Made by a program: the position numbers and the translations under genes
The notes under the pieces: generated by a model
The model's database searches: none
Told to the model about the DNA's origin: nothing
The model's input: only the letters and a program-made list of their open reading frames with translations
Source of the DNA: a virus
Lineage: Duplodnaviria; Caudoviricetes
Virus record (IMG/VR): IMGVR_UViG_3300037067_012588
Direction: 5' to 3' (one strand)
DNA: 64,000 nt
Shown: positions 9,758 to 21,224 of the stretch, one piece after another
Position numbering within the stretch: position 1 is the first letter of the stretch
Layout of the letters: each line of letters begins with the position of its first letter

Positions 9758-12481
9758 TCAATGTCCAGACTTTGAAAATTCCAAGTCGGTCGTCCATGTC
9801 TTAGATGCAAAATCAATATTATGTGAAACCGATGAAACAACAACACCTGTTCCCCATTGGGAATATGGCCATATTCTTGCGTCTCCCGTAATCTGCGTTC
9901 GACCAATAACTTCATACTTTGAAGATGAAGCCTTCAAACGATTGATAGCAATCGTCAATTCATCGTCCGACAAAATACCCTGAAATGGCTTAAACATCAT
10001 TCTCGACCAAGGAATCTGTGGCGTTATATCTCTGTTCGAAACAGGACGCAAAAATGGCATTACTGGCGCAGAGTCTGGCAACATCCCTGTTGATGATTCA
10101 ATTTGTCGCAGAGCCGACACCACAATCTCATTACGCAAATCTTCAAAATCTGGAGTCTCCTCCAACGTTGTAATCGAAGCATACGGATAATCTGCCGAAT
10201 AATCATCGTGAGGAACTTTTGGTAAACCCGTTGTCTCGTCCAGTGAATACAAATACATCTTTCCATCGGGCTGACAAACCCATGTTACCAAAGAATCATT
10301 CATCGTTGAGTTCAGAGCATCAAGAATCGATGTTCCTGCTGAAAAATTATACTTCGGAGCATCTGGACGTGAAGAGCCCCCAAGATTGACATTGTGCTGA
10401 TCTGGAGAACCAAAATTGTCAAACTTCCTATATACTCCTCCATATCGACACAAAAATTTCGTGCAATCATTCACAGTCATACCGTCAAAAAACGGAGGAA
10501 GAACGAGAATGATTTCCGATAATTTCTTCTCAAGCCCATAGCACTGAATAGTCCAAGTATTACTGTCTGGGCTATTCGAAGACCCGACACCATAAGCCAA
10601 TCCAGAAAACACCCTGCCTCCTCTTCCAGAGAACGGACCACCACTCATGTCGATAGTAATAGCTCCAATCTTCTGAACAGCAGTTGCATCCCAACCAGCA
10701 CAACCATATTTGTCCACCACAATACTTGCCGATGATCCGTCCAATCCTTGTGAAATGCTGATACTCTGAATATAGTCTTGCCAAGAACCCGTATAATCTG
10801 GGTCGCCATGCGTTCCTCCAGTCCATGTCACATTGAACGGGTCACCAGGAACAGAGTTTGGATTGTCTATTTTTCCTGTATCATCAGTTTGAGTATATCG
10901 TACATAAAAACCAAGAAGCTCAGGAGCATATCGGCTATATGTGTTTGCAGTATCCTCGCCCATATCTATCTCAACAGTGAGACACCTATACTCCATCGAT
11001 TCGCCAGAGTCGGGATATTCTATAGGACCACCAAGAGATGCAGGGAGAGGTTTTGCAATCCAATCTGTAGGGTCTGTTGATCCATTTATCTTCAAAATAG
11101 CATCACCATTCCCACCCTTCGTCCAGATAGGATAGAACCTCTGAACATACTGTATCTCTCCAACATCCCCAGTCTTGTTTCCAACAAAAATCAAATCGAA
11201 CTTCACCGTCTTTGAAAAGAAACACGGGTCATATAACCAATCCAATCTACAATTTTTCGTCTCAAGTAGAATATCTGTTCCAAGATTTACAATGACTTCT
11301 GGTTGTCCTGAGTATTTTATCTCGACAATATCAACGGGATTCTGAGGATCGAACGCAGGATCGACATACGGGGGCTTCATCGAATAAGCTCCCTGTGTTT
11401 TTGGACAAAAAGTTGCCCCTGTTTGTGAAATTCCCTTTCCACCATCCCCATCCATGACGCCACTCGATACAACTATCCCGTTCCAAACAGGATAGATAGT
11501 GACCATATACGGAGTCCCATCCGAAGGTGAAACGTTTTGCGGAGGACGATCTGCTCCAGCAACATTAACCAATTGGACTTTTGTCGTTGTTGGATTCGAT
11601 GTTCCAATCGTCACCATTAAAGCCCCACTCTCAACAAGTGTCATTGAGACTTCTCCAAAGGTGATTTTCACTTCGGACTTTGCTTTCTCCATTTGCTCTG
11701 GCCTATTCCTTGAGAAACGAATTGGAATTGGCTTAAGCAACAAACTAAAAGCTCCACCAAGAACAAGCTCACGAGGTTTCCATCTTGTCGCCCCATCAAG
11801 GATAGGGTTTGGTCCATTTGTCCCCAACTGATTCAACCTCAAAAATGTCTGAGATAATGCGGGAGTAACTGTCGTCCCTTCAGGATAAGGGTCGTTTTTG
11901 TCTTTCGTAGAAGGAAACCTCATTCCTGGACTTCCTGTCCATTCCAATGACTTACTCACAGCAATGGGGTCTGTTATCTCTGGATGAAGTCCAGCAATAT
12001 CATTCTCTAGAAGCTTCCAATTGAACAACTTACTAACAGCAGAACCATCTTTCGTTATGGCATTCCAATTCTGAACAGCAAAAACTCCATTATCGGTCAT
12101 GTAATTCGTTGCTGGAAACAATTTCGGCATAATACTATTGTTGCCAGAAACCATTCCGCACTGAACATTTCGATAATATCCCTTACTTATTTCTGAACCC
12201 CACAGCCCAGAAGAAATAAATATTGGACAATCTGTAACAGCAGTTCCTGCTATATCCTCAAATCGATAAAAATAGATTGCCCTTCTTCCTTCTGGATAAT
12301 CATTTGTCGATGTAGAAAACGGAGGCGTTGTTGGCTGCCCTGCATTATAACACCTATTCGTCTCATTGGCCAACAAGACCAACTCCCAACGATGATTCTC
12401 TGCAACATCTAACTCAATGCTTGGAATGTCAAATCCAAGAGTTGCAACAGGATTCGGAATCGTTGCTGGATCAATCGCCAT
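9758..12481 (-). CDS. putative baseplate hub/tail-tip protein
   Basis: 907 aa, directly after the tape measure. The C-terminus (VSSVSHNIDFASKTWTTDLEFS) resembles hub proteins. Confidence 0.6.
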   Translation of the reverse strand: MAIDPATIPNPVATLGFDIPSIELDVAENHRWELVLLANETNRCYNAGQPTTPPFSTSTNDYPEGRRAIYFYRFEDIAGTAVTDCPIFISSGLWGSEISKGYYRNVQCGMVSGNNSIMPKLFPATNYMTDNGVFAVQNWNAITKDGSAVSKLFNWKLLENDIAGLHPEITDPIAVSKSLEWTGSPGMRFPSTKDKNDPYPEGTTVTPALSQTFLRLNQLGTNGPNPILDGATRWKPRELVLGGAFSLLLKPIPIRFSRNRPEQMEKAKSEVKITFGEVSMTLVESGALMVTIGTSNPTTTKVQLVNVAGADRPPQNVSPSDGTPYMVTIYPVWNGIVVSSGVMDGDGGKGISQTGATFCPKTQGAYSMKPPYVDPAFDPQNPVDIVEIKYSGQPEVIVNLGTDILLETKNCRLDWLYDPCFFSKTVKFDLIFVGNKTGDVGEIQYVQRFYPIWTKGGNGDAILKINGSTDPTDWIAKPLPASLGGPIEYPDSGESMEYRCLTVEIDMGEDTANTYSRYAPELLGFYVRYTQTDDTGKIDNPNSVPGDPFNVTWTGGTHGDPDYTGSWQDYIQSISISQGLDGSSASIVVDKYGCAGWDATAVQKIGAITIDMSGGPFSGRGGRVFSGLAYGVGSSNSPDSNTWTIQCYGLEKKLSEIILVLPPFFDGMTVNDCTKFLCRYGGVYRKFDNFGSPDQHNVNLGGSSRPDAPKYNFSAGTSILDALNSTMNDSLVTWVCQPDGKMYLYSLDETTGLPKVPHDDYSADYPYASITTLEETPDFEDLRNEIVVSALRQIESSTGMLPDSAPVMPFLRPVSNRDITPQIPWSRMMFKPFQGILSDDELTIAINRLKASSSKYEVIGRTQITGDARIWPYSQWGTGVVVSSVSHNIDFASKTWTTDLEFSKSGH

Positions 12482-15400
12482 TTATTGCCCCTTCGCAGGA
12501 TATCGCTGATCAAATGCAGTCGTCAATGCACCTGTTTGACCAAGCTCTCTCGAAACAATATCAACAACAGCCGACTTAAACATGTTGTTGTTGAACTCAA
12601 TCGTGACTCTACCATCAACAGCAACATCCATTCTTTGCGGCGTCAAAGCACTTTCAGACAACTTCGCAAGAATAGCTGCATAGTTCTCGCTCGGATACTG
12701 AGGACCCTGTGTTGCTTCATTACCAGTCTTAGACCTCGCAAAATCAATTCCATCCTTCAATTCCCTAAACAATGAATCCATTGTATTCCCAAGGTCCAAC
12801 TTGGCAGCTACAAAATCAAGCCCATCACGAAGGTCCTTTATGGCAATACCAACCTTATCCGTGATTGTGTTCGACATTTCTTCAAGAGCAGATTTGAAAT
12901 CACTTCCACTTTCTGGTTTTTCCGATGGAGAAACTCTTGTTACTGTCTCAGCAGATGCAAGGTCTATACCGCTGATTAAATCCCTCACAAGACCCTCAAC
13001 AGCATCCAATGGAGAAGTGATTTCTGTCACAGGTTTTTCTTTTCCAGACAACTTTGAATCGAACAACTCAATACCATCTTTCAATTCCTTGATTGAAATA
13101 GCGACTTCCTTCAGTCCAGCGTCAATCTTCGACTCCTTCATCGTCGTATTGAAAATCTCAATACCAGCCCTCAAATCACGGATAGACTCAACGATTCCAG
13201 CTTGATTCACTACAGCATCAGAACTTGTTGTCTCTGGTGCTGCTTTTTCAACAGGATTGATTCCTGTTGTCGAAGACATTAACCCAACCATCTTTGCCTG
13301 CGAACTTGCAATACTCCCAAGAGAACCAGCAGCACGACGCTGAACGTCCAGCAATGACCCTATGCCGTCAGCCATAGGTTTCATTCCTTCCTTGACGTCA
13401 TTACCCGTTTGACGTGTGCCTTCAGTCAACGCAGGAGTAACAGCAGACATACCTTGTTTTGTCCCATTGGCAATATCTATCGCCGTCTGATTTTTGTTCC
13501 CATTAAGTGCTGCATTGACAACATTCACGGAAAGCTCACGAGAAGCAACCTCTTGTCCAGTTTTTCTTGGAGCCTCCATCGCAAGCTTCTGTCCAATCTC
13601 AAGCTTTTGAGCCTCAAGAGTCTTCGCTTTGCCCTGCAAGTAAAGTCCACCCGATGTTTGAACCTTTCCTCGTCCAACAAATCGTGCCTCCTGATCCATC
13701 AGTTTTCTTGCACCACGAGATGAACGGATAGCTCCGAAAGCCATACCAACCATCTTCTCGTAAGCATCACGCTGTGCTGTCATGGAATCTTTCTGGAGTT
13801 TGTTCTGAGCTTTCTGGAGGTCAACACGAGCCTGCATAAGGTCCATCTCGACATTCACACCCTGAGCCTTCAAAGCCTCTATACGGGCAACATTCTCCTG
13901 TTCACTCTTTACCCTTTGAGATTGAAGAGCAATCTCTTTCGACTTCAGGGCAAAGATTTCCTCATAGCTCCCTCCGATATCCTCAAGGAATGAAACCTGA
14001 TCCTGAATGGATTCAGAAGCAATCTCGACACTCTTATTTTGAGCCTCTACAACCTGTCTTGAAGCAGCAACAGTATCACGGAGACCCTTAAGCTTAATGC
14101 TTTCTTCTTGAGCTGTAATATCGGCCATTGTCTTGATATATTGAAGTCGAGTTGCCTCAAGAGCAACAGCCGCCTCAGGACCACCATCCTTCTTGATTTT
14201 ATCCCTCTTTGCTGAAAAATCTTTCTCTGCATTATCACGAGCATCTTTCAGATTCTTCAACATATCCTCAACACCTGCAGTAATAGCCATAGAAGCCGCT
14301 GTAAAGGCTTCTCCTGCCTTCGCTCCGTCTCCATAGGCAATAGCCAGCTCAATCTGCGCAGAAGCGGCTTCTTGGGCAGCCTTGGCGGTTCTCTGCATCT
14401 CCGTGCTTCCAAGACTAGATATAAAATCATCCCACTTATGTCCGATTTCCTGTAGTTCTTTTGTAAACTTGTTCTTTGACGTCAACAGTTGAGTCTTGGC
14501 CTTTTCAACCCCACCGGCCAAACCAATCGTAACAGTTTGAACACTATCAAATTGTGCTTCGATAGCAGATGTGTCCATTTCTTTACCTGTGTTCTTTTTG
14601 TATATCGCTTTCATGGCGTTCAGTGTTTCATTGAAAGCAGAACGCTTCGCTCTGATTTCTTCAGCAGCAGCTTTTTGCTGATCTTTGTTTCCATCCTTCG
14701 ATGCCGCTCGGAGCTTCGAATAGGACTCCTTCATTCCATCGATTTGTGAGTCAAGAGCATCTGAAAAACTAACCTCTTCCTCCACCATCTTCCCAGAATT
14801 ATCGGTTCTCTTTATCTTTGTTTTTGTAAGCCCAACCTTAGACTCATCGTTTCCAGACATAAATATTTCATGAAGTGATTTTTTTGCTGTCTCATATGTC
14901 CCGCCTATATTTTCGAGGGCTTTGTTCATCGTATCGCCACCCTTCGAAACTTCATCAAGAAGCGCAATACTCCTATCCGCAATAGAAATCTGCTTGCGAA
15001 TTGTATCCGTTTCGCTTTGAAGTCCAGCAGCAAATTCTGCCGCACCTTTTCCATTCAACATGGCAAGTTCAGATTTCTGCTTCAAGAGTTCTGTTTCTCT
15101 CTTCATATAAACAATTGTCGGATCATTCTCAACACCAGCAACCAGACTATCAAGAGAAGCCAGGACCGACTTTATAGAACTCACCATAGACTCGACGCTC
15201 TTTTTCTCAAGCATCAATAAGTCATTCTGTGCTTTTTGAAGCGCAGAAGCTTTTTCTGCAGAATCTTTTATAGACTTCAAAGCTTCAATACGTCTTTGGA
15301 TGGCAACACGTTCTTTCGATACGCTTCCCAAATGACGTTTTGACAAGTTAACGATTCTTGTCTCTATCTTATCAATCTCTTCCTTTTTTGCATTCGATTT

Positions 15401-18400
15401 TTTTGCATTCTTCAAATCGTTCTCTGCCAACTCGATTTCTTTTTTTGCTGATGAACTGCTGCTTTTTGCCAAGCTAACCATTGATTCAAAAAGATTAACC
15501 CTTTCTTTAGCTAACCTTTCTTCCTCTACAGCAACATTTGCAAGCTCGTTCTGGGCAGTAATGGCCTCTGAGTTTCGTTTGTTAATGTTTGTTCCAATAG
15601 ATGATTTTGAAGCAATCGCTTCATCAATCTTCTTTTTACGTTCAAAGTTTGGATTTGCAAATTTTGACGTATCCCCTGCAGCTTGGAATTCTGCCTCATT
15701 TAAAGCATCAGCGGCATCTCGTGATTTTTCAGAAGCCTGTTCTTTGCTTTGTTTAGCAATTTCCCATTCTTTTGATACTTTCGAGAACGATGTGACAAGT
15801 TCGTCAGGAGAGATATCTCCAATACTCTTCTGAAGCTTATCGATTTTTGACTGAGCTTTTGATGCAATTTCTGCACCAATCCCTTCTTTACCTTCTTTAA
15901 ACTTAACCTCTCCAAGATCAATCGACAAGGAGTCTGTCAAAGAAGCAGCCAAAGAAGCTTCATCTGGTGTTGCTTTTTTCAATATGTTTGTTGCATCCTT
16001 TATTGCGGCAGCCATTTCCTCTGCTTTTTCAGGAGAACTCTTTTGAGCTTCAAGAATAGCGCTCTGAGCACGAGCCAAATCTGGACCAATTTGTGATGAA
16101 ATATCTGCTGCCGCTGCAAATGACGATTGGACATTTGCAATATTCCTCTCGAAAGCAGAACCATCAAACAAATCAGAACCAACCTCTGTCTCAAGTCCAG
16201 ACATGGAATTCCGTATTCCTGCTTTAAGTTCAGCTTGCGCAACAGACGGTATATCCTTGAAGTTTCCCGTCATTTTCAACATGCCATCCATGAATGTCGC
16301 AGCAGCCTCCATTTCAGCCTTGTGAAGCTTCGCCAACGCAGCAGCACGCATTTCAGGCTGCATGTCTGCGTCTTTTATTATCATATCTCGGGCACGCTTC
16401 AGTGCCCGCATTTGTTGTCCGTATCCAGCAGTAACTGCATCGGCCCCACTCTGAACAGCCTGTGCAAAATCAGTTGCTGTTCCACCAATAATTGAAAGAT
16501 TCTCAAGCTTCAGATTAGCAACATCAGCATTCATTTTCGCAAGCTGTGTAGAGGCTGAGTTCGCAGCAGAATCAATCAGCTTAAGAGCCTTTTCCATATG
16601 AAGGGCAGATTGTTGTGTCTTTCTCAAAGACACCATAAGATCACGTTCTGCCAAAGCAGCATCAAGAGTCGCTTGTGCTTTTTCACTTTCAGCTTTTAGG
16701 GTAGAATTTGACGTAACGAAATCAGAAAGTTTCGAGGTCATCTTCGACCAAACACCAGACCAAGCCTTACCAGCTTGCGATAGTTGATTTCCCCAAAACT
16801 TTAAATAACCAGATGCGTTGAACAATCCTAACGAAAACACCCGAACTGTTCCATTTATAACATTCCCAATCGATGAGTCATTGATATATTTAGCGGTATC
16901 TTTTAAAGATTCTCCAACAGTCTCTCCATATTTCCCAACAAGGACAAATGGCGAAATAGCAGCCGTCGCAACACCAGCAACAGCCCCGAGACCAACAGCA
17001 GCAGGTCCAACAACTCTCGTTAGAGCTCCAAAACCTTTAACAAGAGAACCTGTAACTCCTCCCAATCCAGCACCAACTTCAGAAATTGAACCACCTGCGG
17101 ATTTGACACCGCTCATCGTTGCCCGAACAAAACCTGATCCAGCTTCTTTTGACTTTCCATATCCCCCTAAAAATGAACGAGAAGCTGTCGATTTTATCAA
17201 CGAAGCTTTGTCACGAATACTTACACCAGTTCCTTTTGTTTTTCCACCAACAGGACCTATTCCACTTTTACTTGCAATCTCTTCATTGACCTTAAGAATC
17301 TGTTGCAAAAGCTTTATTTGCGCTTTTGCCGCAATCCACACTCCAAAAACTCCACCGCCAACCTTCAATGTAGACCCAGCTATCTGTCCGAGCTTGAGAA
17401 CAGTCGGAGGAAATGACGAAGCAATTGCGTTTTGAATATCTGTCTCAATACGCTGAGCTTCGTCAAGTTTCTTCAGAATTTCCTTGTCACCTTCTGGTAT
17501 CCCTTCTTTTCCCTCTTTCTTTTCACCTCCAAGAAGTCCAGCCATCTGAAGCTCTATAGCCTGAGAAACCTTACCCTTTTCTGCCAATGCAAACCATGCT
17601 GCTGTTTGATCGTCCAACGAAGCTGTTATAGAAATATCCGTATCGAGAGTCGGAATCTCTTTGAGAAGGTCTATGAAATTCTGAAGGTTTCTGGTCGGAT
17701 CATCACCAAAAGCCTCACGCAATGATTCGCCAGCCTCAACCAAATCATCAAAAGAAGCAAGTCCGTTCGATACTCCTTCCTTGACAACATTGAAGAAATC
17801 AACACCCTCATTTTTTGTCAGTGCAAGTTCATTGCGAAGCTCTTCAAGCTCTTCGTAATCTCCGACAAGAGAAGTGTTGGACAAATTTCTCGTCGCAATG
17901 TCAAATTTGGCAAACTCCTTCGCCGTCTCTGCGACTCGCTCCGACAACTCATTAATCTTCGATGCAGCAAACACAACGGCAATACCAGCAGCCAATGCTC
18001 CTGTTGCTGTCCCGCCAAGACCAGCAGCAAAGTTCTTCGCCTCAGAAGATGCCTCATGGTTGGCGTGTCCAAAAAATGTTGTGTTCTTTTCTGCCTCTTC
18101 AATCTCCTTTGAATAACTCTCAAGAGAATCAACAACCTCATCAATTGTCTTGACCGTGACCTGATAACTCTCAATTGTATCATTAAGAGTATCATTGTAA
18201 GCCTTCTGCTTAGCCTCTTCTATTTTTATCGAACTTACAGCTTTTCCGCTGGCAGTAGCAGAAGCCATTAATTTCATAGCCACATCATTTGCAGCATTTT
18301 GTGCCCGAGTTAAATCTTCAACCGTAATCAACTGATTTTTCAGAACATTGAGATATTCCTCTTCAGCTTTTTTCTTTCCAAGCCCTTCAGCATTCGCCTT

Positions 18401-18559
18401 AGCCCTTGCAGCTTGAGCATCGGATGTCGCCTTGAGAACCTTAGCATATGTCTCTTCAACTTGAATAGCCGACAAAACCCCTTTCATCTGCTTTGAAATT
18501 GCAGACGAAGCTTCATTAACATTTTTGATTTTCAGTTGGTCGTTAATGTCAAGCGGCAT
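12482..18559 (-). CDS. tail tape measure protein
   Basis: 2025 aa, Ala/Lys/Glu-rich and helical, with Gly/Ala hydrophobic stretches. Follows tube and chaperone genes. Confidence 0.8.
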   Translation of the reverse strand: MPLDINDQLKIKNVNEASSAISKQMKGVLSAIQVEETYAKVLKATSDAQAARAKANAEGLGKKKAEEEYLNVLKNQLITVEDLTRAQNAANDVAMKLMASATASGKAVSSIKIEEAKQKAYNDTLNDTIESYQVTVKTIDEVVDSLESYSKEIEEAEKNTTFFGHANHEASSEAKNFAAGLGGTATGALAAGIAVVFAASKINELSERVAETAKEFAKFDIATRNLSNTSLVGDYEELEELRNELALTKNEGVDFFNVVKEGVSNGLASFDDLVEAGESLREAFGDDPTRNLQNFIDLLKEIPTLDTDISITASLDDQTAAWFALAEKGKVSQAIELQMAGLLGGEKKEGKEGIPEGDKEILKKLDEAQRIETDIQNAIASSFPPTVLKLGQIAGSTLKVGGGVFGVWIAAKAQIKLLQQILKVNEEIASKSGIGPVGGKTKGTGVSIRDKASLIKSTASRSFLGGYGKSKEAGSGFVRATMSGVKSAGGSISEVGAGLGGVTGSLVKGFGALTRVVGPAAVGLGAVAGVATAAISPFVLVGKYGETVGESLKDTAKYINDSSIGNVINGTVRVFSLGLFNASGYLKFWGNQLSQAGKAWSGVWSKMTSKLSDFVTSNSTLKAESEKAQATLDAALAERDLMVSLRKTQQSALHMEKALKLIDSAANSASTQLAKMNADVANLKLENLSIIGGTATDFAQAVQSGADAVTAGYGQQMRALKRARDMIIKDADMQPEMRAAALAKLHKAEMEAAATFMDGMLKMTGNFKDIPSVAQAELKAGIRNSMSGLETEVGSDLFDGSAFERNIANVQSSFAAAADISSQIGPDLARAQSAILEAQKSSPEKAEEMAAAIKDATNILKKATPDEASLAASLTDSLSIDLGEVKFKEGKEGIGAEIASKAQSKIDKLQKSIGDISPDELVTSFSKVSKEWEIAKQSKEQASEKSRDAADALNEAEFQAAGDTSKFANPNFERKKKIDEAIASKSSIGTNINKRNSEAITAQNELANVAVEEERLAKERVNLFESMVSLAKSSSSSAKKEIELAENDLKNAKKSNAKKEEIDKIETRIVNLSKRHLGSVSKERVAIQRRIEALKSIKDSAEKASALQKAQNDLLMLEKKSVESMVSSIKSVLASLDSLVAGVENDPTIVYMKRETELLKQKSELAMLNGKGAAEFAAGLQSETDTIRKQISIADRSIALLDEVSKGGDTMNKALENIGGTYETAKKSLHEIFMSGNDESKVGLTKTKIKRTDNSGKMVEEEVSFSDALDSQIDGMKESYSKLRAASKDGNKDQQKAAAEEIRAKRSAFNETLNAMKAIYKKNTGKEMDTSAIEAQFDSVQTVTIGLAGGVEKAKTQLLTSKNKFTKELQEIGHKWDDFISSLGSTEMQRTAKAAQEAASAQIELAIAYGDGAKAGEAFTAASMAITAGVEDMLKNLKDARDNAEKDFSAKRDKIKKDGGPEAAVALEATRLQYIKTMADITAQEESIKLKGLRDTVAASRQVVEAQNKSVEIASESIQDQVSFLEDIGGSYEEIFALKSKEIALQSQRVKSEQENVARIEALKAQGVNVEMDLMQARVDLQKAQNKLQKDSMTAQRDAYEKMVGMAFGAIRSSRGARKLMDQEARFVGRGKVQTSGGLYLQGKAKTLEAQKLEIGQKLAMEAPRKTGQEVASRELSVNVVNAALNGNKNQTAIDIANGTKQGMSAVTPALTEGTRQTGNDVKEGMKPMADGIGSLLDVQRRAAGSLGSIASSQAKMVGLMSSTTGINPVEKAAPETTSSDAVVNQAGIVESIRDLRAGIEIFNTTMKESKIDAGLKEVAISIKELKDGIELFDSKLSGKEKPVTEITSPLDAVEGLVRDLISGIDLASAETVTRVSPSEKPESGSDFKSALEEMSNTITDKVGIAIKDLRDGLDFVAAKLDLGNTMDSLFRELKDGIDFARSKTGNEATQGPQYPSENYAAILAKLSESALTPQRMDVAVDGRVTIEFNNNMFKSAVVDIVSRELGQTGALTTAFDQRYPAKGQ

Positions 18560-18577
18560 AATTCAGGTCCCCCAATG

Positions 18578-19183
18578 TTACTGCAAAAGAATCTCTGTCT
18601 CAAACCTTGAGAGGACAATATCCAAAATCGTCGGATGCAACTTGTCGATGAACTTAACAGACTCATCATCAAGAGCTCCACGATCATTGAATTCCAAAAC
18701 AATCGGCTGTCCATCATCTCCACGAACACTCCATCTCTTCAAATGGAAGATTATAAGGAAATTACGCATCCTTACAGGGTCGACCAACATACGACCAAGA
18801 TTCTTGTCGAAAATCATCGACTTCTGACGATACGATGAAATTTCGTCATACGAAGGACGACTAAACTCAAACCATTCTTCTGTTCCACTAAGAAATGCCA
18901 ACTTAGACAAATCGATATTGAATTCCTTCAGAGCGATATTGACAATCTCCCCTGAACGCTTATTGAACAAAACAACAATCTCAACCTTGACTCGATCATC
19001 AGACTTGATGAAAAACTTCGGACGAGCAATAACATCAGGAACTCCCTGATCCTCTTCTTCTTTCTTAGATTCAACAACAGCAATCACATTCTGAGCACTC
19101 ACCTTATTCCCAGACATACGCTCCTGCGTTGTGTTCTGATTCTCAACAACTTCTTTATCTTCAGACATCATAACTCTCCTCAA
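18578..19183 (-). CDS. putative tail assembly chaperone (paralogue 3)
   Basis: Immediately before the tape measure. Shares F...VD...R...W...G.L.DE...L pattern with 20012..20701 and 20676..21167. Confidence 0.55.
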   Translation of the reverse strand: MRRVMMSEDKEVVENQNTTQERMSGNKVSAQNVIAVVESKKEEEDQGVPDVIARPKFFIKSDDRVKVEIVVLFNKRSGEIVNIALKEFNIDLSKLAFLSGTEEWFEFSRPSYDEISSYRQKSMIFDKNLGRMLVDPVRMRNFLIIFHLKRWSVRGDDGQPIVLEFNDRGALDDESVKFIDKLHPTILDIVLSRFETEILLQ

Positions 19184-20010
19184 GCAAAAGTAATAATATC
19201 ACCAACCGACCCACCAGAGGGTGGCAGTGCAGACACAAAAGTATGAGTATATGTCGCCAACTCAGTTGGCGATGTGCTAAACCCATTAGAACCAGTTGTT
19301 CCAGATGTAATCGTTGCAGTCGCAGTCTTAATTGCAACAACCTCCAATTTTTGAATAGCAAGATATGTCGAGACTGTCAATGAAACATCCATCGTTCCAA
19401 TTCTCATATACAACGGTAGAAGTCCAGAAACATTTCCATACATGGGCGTTACTGTTTGGTTTATACTCAATGACCAATCCTTCAAATCATTGATCGAAGC
19501 CGAACCAGTATACCAATACGCCATTGGTGGTTCATAAGTTGCTGAAGATGGGTCTCCATGAGTTGGAGTAAACCCTGCACCATCAACCCAATCATTCTTC
19601 GAATTAAACGACAACGAACCACTCACAAGACCACCTGTTGAACCAGCAAGTGAAGCTGTCGTCATATAACAGTCTCGCATCAACAGCCCACCCTCTCCAG
19701 CATCTATACGAACTTCAAAACGAACACCTCGTTTTGAAAATATGGCAATCATGGCATCCAAAGCACTATCAGTACAATCGAAAGAGAATGAACCAGAAGA
19801 AGAAAGGATTCCGTCCGCATAGGCAAATTTCGACCGAACAGCAGCACCAGAACCACTTGTTGGCGGAGGCATGTCAATACCGACAAGTGTTGGGGTTGTC
19901 TTATCCACTTGAAAAGAAGCACTTGTTGCCAAAATCTGCACAGGAGTGCCATCATTGACAACAATCTGTACCGCACCTTCATATCCAAGTTTTTTGACAT
20001 CAGCCGACAT
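19180..20010 (-). CDS. tail tube-like protein (paralogue 3)
   Basis: LGYEG N-terminus, SLAGSTGGLVSGSLS, PMAYWYT, WSLSINQ shared with the other two paralogues. Confidence 0.6.
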   Translation of the reverse strand: MSADVKKLGYEGAVQIVVNDGTPVQILATSASFQVDKTTPTLVGIDMPPPTSGSGAAVRSKFAYADGILSSSGSFSFDCTDSALDAMIAIFSKRGVRFEVRIDAGEGGLLMRDCYMTTASLAGSTGGLVSGSLSFNSKNDWVDGAGFTPTHGDPSSATYEPPMAYWYTGSASINDLKDWSLSINQTVTPMYGNVSGLLPLYMRIGTMDVSLTVSTYLAIQKLEVVAIKTATATITSGTTGSNGFSTSPTELATYTHTFVSALPPSGGSVGDIITFA

Positions 20011-20011
20011 A

Positions 20012-20701
20012 TTACTTTCCCTTGCTCTTCTTCTTCGCAGACCGCATCTTTGCCGACATCACGGAGTTCTCTCGATGTACCATCATCCTCAATCTCAAAA
20101 ACTCCCTATACGGAAGCTCTCGCAAATCTTTCCTGTTCAATCCAAACTTGTCCCAAAAATTTGACGAAACACAATACAAAGCTATCGTCTCGCAAGGTTC
20201 TGCCACACCGCTTGAATGTTCCGAGAACAACATCGCACACTGCTTCTCAATTTCAAGTTGATCGCCCTCGTCTGGAAAAATATCTGTCTCGTATTTCGCA
20301 GCCAAACTCATCATCAGCGGACCAGACAATGAACATACTTCTTCAAAACATTCATCCGTCAACCAACCAGTTTCATTATCAAAAGAAAGCACAACATCCA
20401 AATTCCAAGAGCGAAGAAATCGCCTCACAAACTGTCTTCTTAACTCATATATATCAACATACGAAGTTACGTCCCTCCCGCCGCCCAGCTCCACTCGAAT
20501 AGTAAGTTCACTCTCCAATCCCCAATATTCCTCACATGATGCCCTCGAAAACTTAGCCTGAACGGTTCCAAGCCCTTCAGGACAAGGAAGACAGACCCCA
20601 TTATGGAATACGGCAGGGATAGATATACAGACACTCTTGGGAGCCATTAGCGCCCGCCATTCACGCCCTATAGCTTCACTCACCACATTCGAGGACTGCA
20701 T
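20012..20701 (-). CDS. putative tail assembly chaperone (paralogue 2, with C-terminal extension)
   Basis: KFSRAS...VD...RRFLRSW...GWLTDE. Start is uncertain. Confidence 0.5.
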   Translation of the reverse strand: MQSSNVVSEAIGREWRALMAPKSVCISIPAVFHNGVCLPCPEGLGTVQAKFSRASCEEYWGLESELTIRVELGGGRDVTSYVDIYELRRQFVRRFLRSWNLDVVLSFDNETGWLTDECFEEVCSLSGPLMMSLAAKYETDIFPDEGDQLEIEKQCAMLFSEHSSGVAEPCETIALYCVSSNFWDKFGLNRKDLRELPYREFLRLRMMVHRENSVMSAKMRSAKKKSKGK

Positions 20702-21167
20702 TCATAGACTCCAAGACAAACCGAATAATACTCGGAAACAAACTCGTAAACGCTTTCCACCCTTCGTCAGCAAGGACACCATTCACATGAAGAAGCTTCA
20801 ACTTGTCGTTCGCTTTGTCAAATGACCAACTCAACATCAACCGCTGTACCTTCAACCGATTCAGATAGTCATTGTCAACAATATGAATCTTCTTGAGCGG
20901 GTCGAAAATCGTCGCCATCTTCCGAAGCTCAACCTCCTCGTTGAATGTCCAAATCCTGAACTCAACCCAGTGGTCTTCTCCTCCAGACTCAGGCTTAATC
21001 ACAACCCATCGCCCTTCTCGCTCCACGAGTCCGAAGCGAACCTTGAATGTCTTGTCCTTTGTTACAACATATTTTCCAGGACCTTGAAGCTTCTCGTCCA
21101 GACGCTCTCCAACAACATTGAACTTTTCACCTTTTTCTTCTGGCTTCTTTGACGACTCAATTTTCAT
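20676..21167 (-). CDS. putative tail assembly chaperone (paralogue 1)
   Basis: WVEFR...IFD...VD...RLMLSW...GVLADE...LFPSII. Confidence 0.55.
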   Translation of the reverse strand: MKIESSKKPEEKGEKFNVVGERLDEKLQGPGKYVVTKDKTFKVRFGLVEREGRWVVIKPESGGEDHWVEFRIWTFNEEVELRKMATIFDPLKKIHIVDNDYLNRLKVQRLMLSWSFDKANDKLKLLHVNGVLADEGWKAFTSLFPSIIRFVLESMNAVLECGE

Positions 21168-21188
21168 ATCTTACCCCCAAATGAAACA

Positions 21189-21224
21189 GCACAGCACCCA
21201 TATGGAAAATGGGCAACGCTGTGC
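21189..21224. other. intergenic stem-loop
   Basis: GCACAGC/GCTGTGC outer arms and CCCAT/ATGGG inner arms. Confidence 0.45.

Noticed and set aside
20676-20701. Lambda G/GT-style frameshift between the overlapping chaperone ORFs
   Set aside because: No slippery heptamer is visible, and the downstream ORF has its own full chaperone-like domain.
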